A stretch of DNA of 64,000 nucleotides from Camelus dromedarius (lineage: Eukaryota), in assembly GCF_036321535.1 (NCBI RefSeq), contig NC_087454.1:29388001-29452000 (forward strand), in the 5' to 3' direction. Below are positions 43,881 to 64,000 of the stretch, piece after piece (within the stretch, counting starts at the first letter, position 1; each line of letters starts with the position of its first letter). Under the pieces are notes generated by a model, which saw only the letters and a program-made list of their open reading frames with translations, was not told the origin of the DNA and searched no databases. Position numbers and translations under genes: made by a program.

Positions 43881-44350
43881 TAGAGTCTACTGTTTTGGGT
43901 GGTGCAGGTGAGAGAGGAAGGAGTGGGGGAACTGGACCCAGTCCCTGTAGAGGACGCCAGCTCGGCCCCTCCCTTCAATCTCCCCATCCCAGTCTTCCTA
44001 GTTTTCCCAGCCTCTGGGCATTCCAGATGGCAGCAGGAAGGCGTGGGAGGTGAAAAAGCAGCTAAATCTGGGGCTGAAGACAGAAGACAAAGAATGTATC
44101 CAGGGCTGCCTCCACTCCCCTGTTTGTCCATTCCTGCATCCTTGCTGGATGTGCCCCTGTCCTGAGACTGCAGGTGGAACAGGGGTCGCTTGGCACGCAG
44201 CTCCAACTCCAGGTTTGCTCCCTGACTCGATGCACTGTGTAGTGGCCCATGGGAAGGGACACTTTGAAAAAGCAAAGGTGTCCTTGGCAGATGGAGGGGA
44301 CCAGATGGTGCTCCCCAGTCCCCTAGGCATCTCAAGGAGGAAGAGCCTGG

Positions 44351-44352
<2 letters not shown>

Positions 44353-44383
<31 letters not shown>

Positions 44384-44408
44384 AAAGAGAGAGAGAGAGG
44401 GAGAGAAA
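44353..44408 (+). repeat. Compound (TG)n(AG)n microsatellite
   Basis: About 14 TG units followed by an imperfect AG run. Confidence 0.9.
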
Positions 44409-44589
44409 GGGGCAGGAGGAAGCAGTGTTGGGAAGGTATCTATGCATTTGTGACACACTTACGCAAATCAAATGCAAATTGACAGATTGTGTCCAGAGTT
44501 GTGGAATAATCAGCTGGTATTTTTTGACTAATGGCCCCTTGGAGGCTGTGGCTGGGAGGGGTTGCTGCTTGGAGGTACCAGATGACTTT

Positions 44590-44740
44590 GCATTACTGGC
44601 TTTACCAGTGACTTGCTGTGTGACCTTGGCCAAGTGACAGCCTATCTGAGTGCCAGTTTCCTTATCTATAAAAGGGGATAATAATAAAGGCTGTTGTGGA
44701 GATTCCCCTGAGATAATATTTGAATCACACTGATAATATC
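44590..44740 (+). mobile_element. MIR SINE fragment
   Basis: 'gtgacttgctgtgtgaccttggccaagtgac...cagtttccttatctataaaaggggataataataaagg'. Confidence 0.8.
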
Positions 44741-45829
44741 TGACTGATATTAAGAGAGGGTGTGCGGAGGATGAAGGGACTCTGAGGGACAGGGGTCTTG
44801 GGCTGTGGAGAGAAAGCTCTGGAGACCTGCTTATTGAGTGCTGACCTGAGACAGTGTTTTTAAGTGAGGTCGTTCCCTGTCTCCAGAGTACATGGGAAGA
44901 GCAAGGCGGCAGTTCAAGGCAGATCAGGATAGAAGGATACTGATATCTCGGTATTGAGGAGCCTTGGCAGACTGGGCAAGAGGAGGAGGAAAGGGGTAAC
45001 AGGCCAACCCTGCTCCTGCTGGTTCTGCATCTGGACGCCTGGGGCTCCCTCCAAAGTTCTGGCCTAATGCATCCGGTGTTCCCCTTGGTCCCCCTCATCC
45101 CAGATGCATCCCAGGACACCCTGCAGGCCATGCCCAAGGGAGTAGGACCCAGCTCCACAGCCAGGGGAGCCCCCCACCACAACCCCTCCAGTTACAGGTG
45201 GGTGTTGCCCTGGGGCTGGCACTCCAGGCATTTCTCACAATGCTGCCCAGGCTCACCATCCTGGTCCAAGGTTCCTTCTTCCTCCCAGGAGGCCGCATTG
45301 TTGGGAAACCCCACCTGGGGCCTGGCGGGGTGCTCTCTGGAACGGGGTGGCCCTGCTCTCACTGCCTAATGCCTCACAGTCTTAGGACCCGGAACCTGGG
45401 GTTCTTTCTGATGTCTGGTCCTAACCGCCCTTGCTGCTGCTTGGAGCCTGCAGCTGCCTCTTCAGAAGGAAAGAGCAGAGCGGCCCTCCATGTGCTCCAC
45501 GTGCTTGGCTGGTATAAAAAGAGCCCCTGCCATCCTGCAGCATTTACAGAGACCCTCTGATGTTATTTTTAAGGCAAATATTGACAACATTAACCTCATA
45601 ATAAGGTCAGAATTGACAGTTTTCACTAATCATCTCTTGATTTAAAAAAAATCAACATTACAAAGATATTTTTGGCAAGCAAATTATCAGAGTATTCTTC
45701 TAAGAAGGATTTTAATTACAAATGTTTTTTTTAATATTTTTAAAAAATCACATATAAAACAAAGTATGTTTCAAAGGGTAGTGAGCAAGACAAACTCCTC
45801 ACCTCCCAGTTATTAATGTTATAAAGATG

Positions 45830-46790
45830 ATGCCAAGCCGAATGCCTGACCCCTGCCCTTCTCAACCACTCTCTTGGCTCTCCTCCTGCCTCTGGATCAT
45901 TGTCCAGAAGTCTCCATGGCAGGCTCCTCTGACTCCGCCCACCCCTCAGGGTTTAGCCTCCACTACCCAGCCTCACTCCTGGTTGGTGGGCTGTAGCTCT
46001 TCCTTCTCTGAGCTCCAGACTCGGGGTCCACTGGCCTGCCTCCCAGCTCCCTTAGACTCAGTCTGCCACCCAAGAGAACTCAGTGCCTCCCTCAAGCTGC
46101 CCTTCTTCCTGGCTCCCTACCTCAGCCAAGGGGACCAGCACCCATCCAGGTGCCTGAACCCAGAAGCTGAGGAAACACTCCTCTCCTCGAGGGACCCCCC
46201 CATCTGGTTCCTGTTGCTTCCCCTCAGTTCTGCCTCCTGCCCCAGCAGACCCTCCTCTCCTTCCTGCTGCTGCCTTAGCTTGGGGCCCCATTGTCTGCCT
46301 GCACTGTCCTTCCTGCAGTTGCCCAGCACCGGGCTGTGTCATCCAGCAGCTAGCCTCCCAGTAGCCACCGTGGCAGGCCTCCGTGTCAGCCCACCGCTCC
46401 CTGGGAACAGTCCAGCTTCCTCAACTCCACGTAGCAAGCCCTCCGGGACCTGATGCTCTATTTGAAAGAAACTCCTCTTTGCATCTGGAACACTGCAGGC
46501 TGGTCCATGCTGCCCAGCCTTCGCTCAAGCTGTTCCCTCTGCCTGGAATGCCTTTCCCACAGTCTCACCCTGGGAAATGGACCATCATTGGTCTCTTGAG
46601 TCTGAGCTCAAGCACCATTTTTCCTTTGGAGTCTTTCAGCTGCTCTTGTCCCCTACCCTCCCTTTGTCACCTCCTCCCCAGTACCTGCATTGCTTCAGTG
46701 ATCTGACCACCCTCTCCCCACACCTGCACTAGACTGTGGGCTCCTCCAGATGCGGGGACTGTTTCTTACTCATTTTTATCTCTAATCCCT
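45830..46790 (+). mobile_element. Degenerate LINE-2
   Basis: CT-rich L2-like sequence ending 'ctctccccacacctgcactagactgtgggctcctccagatgcggggactgtttcttactcatttttatctctaatccctagcccagtgtcagg'. Boundaries are approximate. Confidence 0.5.
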
Positions 46791-46849
46791 AGCCCAGTGT
46801 CAGGTCTGTTGGGGAGGCAGCTGGTGTTTTGGGCTGCCCCACCTCCTTC

Positions 46850-47225
46850 TGATCATAGATTCTGGCCAATAGGAGTGCTGTGTATTGGTCGGAGCAATTG
46901 GTTCAGGGGTGGCCACCTGTTGTAAGCCAATCAGAGTCTTCCTGGGGATTTGTCCAAATGGAGGCAGACAAAAGGACATATGTCCTTGATATAGTTTGGA
47001 TCCTCTGCTGCTGGAAGCTGTTTCCCTTCACCCAGAAAAGGCCTGCCTGCAGCAGGAGGAAATGCTGCCTGGTGGAGAGCAGCAGAAATGGGAGGTGGAC
47101 AGAGAGCACCAGGTACCTTCAGTCCCCAGTCCTTATGCCCAAGGGCCCTCTGAGGGCTTCCTTCAGTTCTGAGACCTAACTCGACAGCCCTCTCACAAGT
47201 CTCTTTTGCTGAAGCTAAGAGTTGT
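46850..47225. mobile_element. MaLR LTR (MLT1-type) fragment
   Basis: 'tctggccaatagg...ccaatcagagtcttcctggggatttg...gctggaagctg...cttttgctgaagctaag' pattern. Subfamily was not resolved. Confidence 0.5.
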
Positions 47226-50219
47226 GACCAAAGGGTCCTGTCCATTTGGATAGGCTCACCATTTGTTGAGTGAAATTATGGGAAAAAATCCTAAATCAGC
47301 AGATGAATTAGTTCAATGGGATAGCCAAGAAGGGCCAGAGGCCCACCTGCCGAGTACACACCAGGCCTGATGTCTACCTCCTGTGGCCTGTTCCTCTCCC
47401 GACAGCCCGAGCCTCTGGTCTCACCTCCCACCTCTCCAGCCACTGGTCAGTATCAGCAACATATCTGCTCAGCACTTAACAGCTCCAAGCTTCTTTCAGG
47501 AGACTTCTCTCAGAAAGGCGACAACCACTCCACACTGGGGGCAGGGCAGGCTTCTTACCCCCATTCTATGGATGAAGAAACTGAAGACCTGCCTGGGAAA
47601 CGACTGGCCCCCCGATATCTAGGAGGGCTGGGGCTGGTGCTGGGGCTCTGCTACCTCTGACCACAGTGCCCTGCTCTCCCACGGGCACTTTCCCACGCTC
47701 TACTAGGAAAGAAGAAAGCATATTCTTGCTCTCTGGGAAGCAGGGGTCCTACCTTCATGCAGAGCAGATCTGTCAGGGAGGGTCTCCCTAGGTTGAGAGA
47801 GTAACCGATCCTTGATACCCCACTCTGGGAATTTCAGGCCCCTAACATAAGGCTTTCATCCTTGTTATGTTAAAATGTGTTTCCTCCCTAATGACATGAA
47901 ATCTTAATAGTCCATACATGCATGTTTATATATCCCTATGTTAACCTTGAACTGCCATTTTAAAACTTCACCTGATCATTTTAGGTCAAACAAAAGCATA
48001 GTACATTATAAAATATATACTGATATTAATGGAGCAAAATTTTAAAAAATGTAGAAGTCACATTCTATCTGATAGCTTAAGTCAGACAGGGGACATATAT
48101 CTCTTCCCTCTCATCTGTCACCCACACCTCATTGTAAATGAGGTTCAGGTCCAAAAAGCAAACTTGGGAAGAGGGCAAGGAGAATGTACCACTGAGTCGG
48201 GGGAGGGTAGGGAGGACCCACAGAAGAACTGAGGTAACTCCACCGACTTCACGGGGCAGCCTTAGTCTGGCTTAGGCATCGCCAGTCTGCAGCTGGCAGT
48301 GGTACTAAGTGGCACTGTCTTCCCTGGAAGCCTGTGGAAGGCAAGACACGCATTAGCCAGGGGCCCCCAGACAGCCCCCAAGGGCCCATAGAGGGCAGCC
48401 CCAGAAGTGGCAGAGTGGTCACCTTCCTTTCTGGAGACTTCTGTCCTCAGGGAGCCTCTGGGAGAATCCCACAGTTAGAAGACTGGAAGCATGTTCAAGA
48501 CTGCATCCTTCTCCAGAGGGGCAGGAATCCTGACTTTCCAGAGAGGTCAGCGCCACCACCACCGCCACTGAGAGTGAGTGCCTCTTGTGCCATCACATGT
48601 GTCCCCCTTTAAGAGCACATGCTACACTAAGATGGGGAAAGTGGGGATACACGCAGTGACCTTTCATCTCCTGATGCCTGTCTCACAGGCTTGTGGGGGC
48701 CTCACATGTGGGGCCTTCAGCATCAACCTAACCAAACCCAGGACCACAATCCCTGGGGAAAGGCCAGTCTTCCTCTCCTCAAGTCCCCACTCTGTGTCCT
48801 CAGGACCAGGGTCCAGGGTCCTGAAATCACATTCAGGCCATCACTCAAAGGCTTAGGTGTTCACATCACAGCACTTTTCCAATGGGCCTCCCACTCTTTC
48901 CAGCATGGAGCTCGGGGTTACCCTCCTTGGTGCTGACCTACACAACCCAGGCTCCCTTGCCCACAGGTGCTTCCGCAGACCTCGGTAATCACCTGTACCC
49001 TTCAGCTTTTGAGGTCCCATGGGGACCCAAGAGATACTGCAGAATTGTACTCTCCTGCCCCATGGCTGACGATGGGCCCTCCGTGCTCCTTCCAGACCTA
49101 GGATTCAACACTTGACTCTCTGGCATATTCCCTCCTTTCAGATGAGGTCTCAGACCTTCTCTGTCCTTCTCAAGTCTTTACTTAAACCAAATTGCTTTGA
49201 ACAGAGGCTCCTCTCACCTTCTCAAATGAGAAATTTGAAGATGCTAGGGGAGGGGGAGCCCTCTCCCCTTCCTCATCACTTGTCCTCACCTCCCTTCCCC
49301 AGGCAGAAGCACCTGGGCCTCCTTTGGCACATGAGCACCTCTGTGGCCCTGGACACCCCTCCTCTGGGCTGGCTGGGCTTGGATGCCCCCTCCCTCTCTG
49401 ACCTTCTCAGCCAGCTTCTCCTCAGGGCCCTGGGCTTTTGTCTACATTTCCCCTGACCCCTTTCATGCCTACTATGTTAGGCCCTTCCTAGGCCAAGTCT
49501 CTGTCACATTCCTGTTTGGGAATTCCCAGTTTGTGGAATCACAAAAGAGAGGGCAAAAAAGGGATTTCTCTGACAGATCTCTGACCAAGCATCCTTGGTC
49601 TCTGGCTCATGAAACAGTCTGCCCACTTATCACACCCCTAGGTCTGGCTCTCCTTCCAACTGCCCACTTAGGTCTGTTGTCTTAAAAAGGACGCCAGCAG
49701 AGTTGCTCCCCACCCTCATCCCTACCTTTGACTCAGACACCCCAGCAAAGAAGCTCAGCTTCAAAGGCCAGCAAGTCCCTCCCCCAACACGCATGGGGTG
49801 AAGAGGTCCTGGCTTCTCCTTAGTAACCAAGGGAAACCAGCTTTGCTGTGGGAGGGAGGGAGGTGTGGAAGTGTCTGGACCTGCAGGAGGGGTTGCAGCA
49901 GGAAAGGAGCTGGGAATGGAGGTCAGTCTTTCCAGGAAGACTGAATCCCCGAGGCTTGGAACTGCTTTCCCCAACGACCTACCCTTGCTCCACTTCCCCC
50001 TTCCTCTATCTCACAGTCCCCACTTCCCTGACTTGAAGACCCTAAGCCTCTAGGCTAGTTTACAGCCTCTAGGCTGCGGCTGCCTGCGGGTTTCGGGCCA
50101 GGTGGACTGAGGGCGCTGGAGGGGTTTCCGCTTCCCATGGGCAGACGTAGGGGCCGGGAGAGCTCAGCCCACTAGGGGAGAGCGGGGTCGGGAGTCTTCT
50201 CTCCCGGAGGTCGCCTCAC

Positions 50220-50310
50220 CGCTCCCGGGGCCGTGGCGCTCGCCTTTCCGCTGGTCCCCGCGTTGCCGCCGCCAGGTCGTTAGGGAAGCCCGGCGTCTCT
50301 AGGGGGCGGG
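50220..50310 (-). promoter_or_regulatory. TCTE1: Probable TCTE1 non-coding exon 1 and CpG-island promoter (island about 50080-50480)
   Basis: Minus-strand donor GCG|GTGAGG at 50220/50219 inside the only CpG island between the first TCTE1 coding exon (acceptor at 42771) and AARS2. A GC box lies at about 50302-50310. The TSS is inferred. Confidence 0.6.
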
Positions 50311-51589
50311 TCCAAGGGTGGTGCGCCCGTGTGCGCGTGCGTCCCGTGAAAGCCGGTCTCCGCGGTGCGTGGTGCGGGGGCGGGGCTGCTGGTCCTTGGA
50401 TGGTTGTCACTGCGCGCTCTGGCACGGGGTCGCCAAGAGGAAGCGTCCGTCTGAGGCGCTGTGTGGGGCCACTGAGCAGGCAGTGGGAACTCTGGCTGTG
50501 GGGCATGCTTTGCGTGTCTGGGGGACTTGTTTAGGAACGTGGGCTTTTGCGAGGGGAGGTGTGGAGTAGGGGACAGGGGCAGGGCTTCTGGACGGCAACA
50601 GTGCTCTTCCCTCTAGGAAACTTTTGTGTGGAAGTTGGGGTGGGGGTGATGAGTGGAAAGACGGTCCACGAAAAGCATCAGCGGCCCATCTTCTGGAAGA
50701 TGAGGAGGGCGGAAGGGCACCTGCAGAGTTCCTGAACTCTCCTGAGGCCCCTGGTTGCTCTCAGGCCCTGCGGGGCAGCCGTGGGCTGGAGCATCCCTGC
50801 AGAGTCACCTTCCGCTTTTCTCCAGGGTGTCAACAAGGCTGAGGAATGGCACCAGGCAGGAAGGTCACAGGCCTCCACAATGCTCCCTCACGCAGCCCTA
50901 AGCCTGATGCCATGTGGGCAGAACTGACCAACTTCGTGGGGGTTGACTAGTAAGAAAAGGAGATTGTCCCTCAGGAGGGGAAAGGCAACCTAGGTGGGTG
51001 GGAAGTTTAACATGGAGGCAGAGCTGGTAAGTTAACAACCTAGAATCTCGGTTCTCATCAACAAAACAGGGGTACCCCAACTCCTCACCTTGGTGTCCAC
51101 AGTAAAGAACAGGGCCCTCAGTGAGCACCACTGAACAGTGGCCGCTGCTGCATTTGCCAAGATCTTGAGGTAAAGTTCTGCGACTCAAGGCTCCAGGCAA
51201 GCAGAGGCCAGTAATTTGTGTCCCTTGCAAGCCTTCATCAGTGATTTACCAACAAATCACCTATGCCTCAATTAGAATGAGAAATCACCCAGGAAACGAT
51301 GCCAGAGGGACCTGCTCTGCTCTAATAATTTTAACTAAATGACCCTGGAACCTCGTAGCCAGGGAGGCTCTGACTTAAGAGACAGGCCCCCTGAGGTCCC
51401 TTCCTTCATCTAGTAATGGAGATTTAGGGACAGAGGTGGAGCTCGAGCATCTGGCTTGGTCCCAGGTGGATTCATTTTGGTAGGGAAAGAGGGCTGCCCT
51501 CCACCCCTAGGATTTCTCCTGCTCTGAGCTGCTGACTTCAGCTTCAGACTCAGCTCAGGCTTGGGGCAGGTGCTGTGCAAAGCTTGAGG

Positions 51590-51890
51590 CAGCTCACTCC
51601 CTTCTGACCCTGAGACCTGCCTGCTCACTTCTGCCTCAGGGCCTCTGCACTGGTTCTTTCCTCAGATGTCCACATGGCTCACACCCTCCTCTCTGATGCC
51701 ACCTCTACCCTCCCAATCCCCATTCCTGCTGTCTCCACAGACCTCATCCCTGTCTGACACCCTCTTCTTTCTTTTTACTGCTGTCTCACCACTAAAGGGA
51801 GCTCCACAAGGGCAGGAAGTTTTGCTTGGTTCTCGCCACATTCTCAGCAACTGACTGGTACTTGGGCACATTTTATCAACAAATCACTAG
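51590..51890 (+). mobile_element. LINE-2 3' fragment
   Basis: 'ctgcctcagggcctctgcactgg...ctctcaccactaaagggagctccacaagggcaggaag...gggcacattttatcaacaaat'. Confidence 0.6.
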
Positions 51891-52467
51891 GGCCTTCATT
51901 AAAACAAGAAGTCACTGTTAATGAAATAAGTGACACCAGAGAGGATCTGCCTGGCTGTCATGACTTTCACATGACAGTTCTGAATCTTGGTGGTTATGGA
52001 GGCCTTCGTGGGTGCCCAGAACAGGCTGGCTAAGAGGGCCTGTCTGAGCACTTGTGGTGATGACAGTTCTGATCTGGATGCCAGGGAGCTTTTCAGCTCA
52101 GTATGAGAGGTCAGACTGGTGATGGGGGCACCCACAGCAGGTTGCTGGAAGGGGAAAGGCTGCTCCGGAGCTTCCTATCCTCTGTGAAATACTTTTTAAT
52201 AAACAATCACGCCCAGGATGGCCCAGGTCTTCACATTCTTCTAGAGGGGGTGTGTCTCTGTACCTGCTTCTGCTTTCCTCAGCCCACATCTTCTAGTGTC
52301 TGTGCAGGGCTCGGCCCAGGGAGGCTCTCTTTGGCTCAGGTGCTTGGCCTCCAGTCTCTAGTCCTCTGCCTCAGCCTCCAGGGAGGTTCTGCTGGCTCCT
52401 TTAAGGCTCTAGACACTTGCATATCTGTTGTCTCTTTAGTCTGTGTGAGTCTCTGGGTAAGCCTGGC

Positions 52468-64000
<11,533 letters not shown>

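Noticed and set aside
43998-45182. 394-aa minus-strand ORF in TCTE1 intron 1
   Set aside because: It runs through a (TG)n/(AG)n microsatellite and a MIR, has low-complexity composition and no splice or domain support. It is most likely a chance ORF.

Overview
Mammalian genomic DNA from a draft assembly with six N-gaps of 140-204 nt. It is very likely a camelid, because three copies of a Vic-1-like tRNA-derived SINE are present. The window holds the conserved block syntenic to human 6p21.1: HSP90AB1 (+), SLC35B2 (-), NFKBIE (-), TMEM151B (+), TCTE1/DRC5 (-) and AARS2 (-, exon 1 runs off the right end). I traced every visible coding exon by hand. All visible coding-exon splice sites are GT-AG and the joined frames stay open. 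Gaps hide parts of HSP90AB1 coding exon 7 (exon 8 overall), TMEM151B exons 1-2 and AARS2 exon 5. The rest is ordinary mammalian repeats (L1, L2, MIR, MLT, MER33/53/58). I did not find a clearly new biological system. The best leads are: three substitutions at normally conserved or disease-relevant AARS2 positions (N116S, R592Q, T635V, human numbering); H184Y in HSP90-beta; an unexplained coding-like sORF/exon running divergently from the HSP90AB1 promoter; tail-to-tail overlap of the TMEM151B and TCTE1 3' UTRs; and several compact regulatory modules (paired CLEAR/GASE E-boxes, a kB cluster, an X-box/CCAAT/E-box module, an L2-borne RE1). Comparisons to human proteins and repeat consensus sequences are from memory, not database searches.
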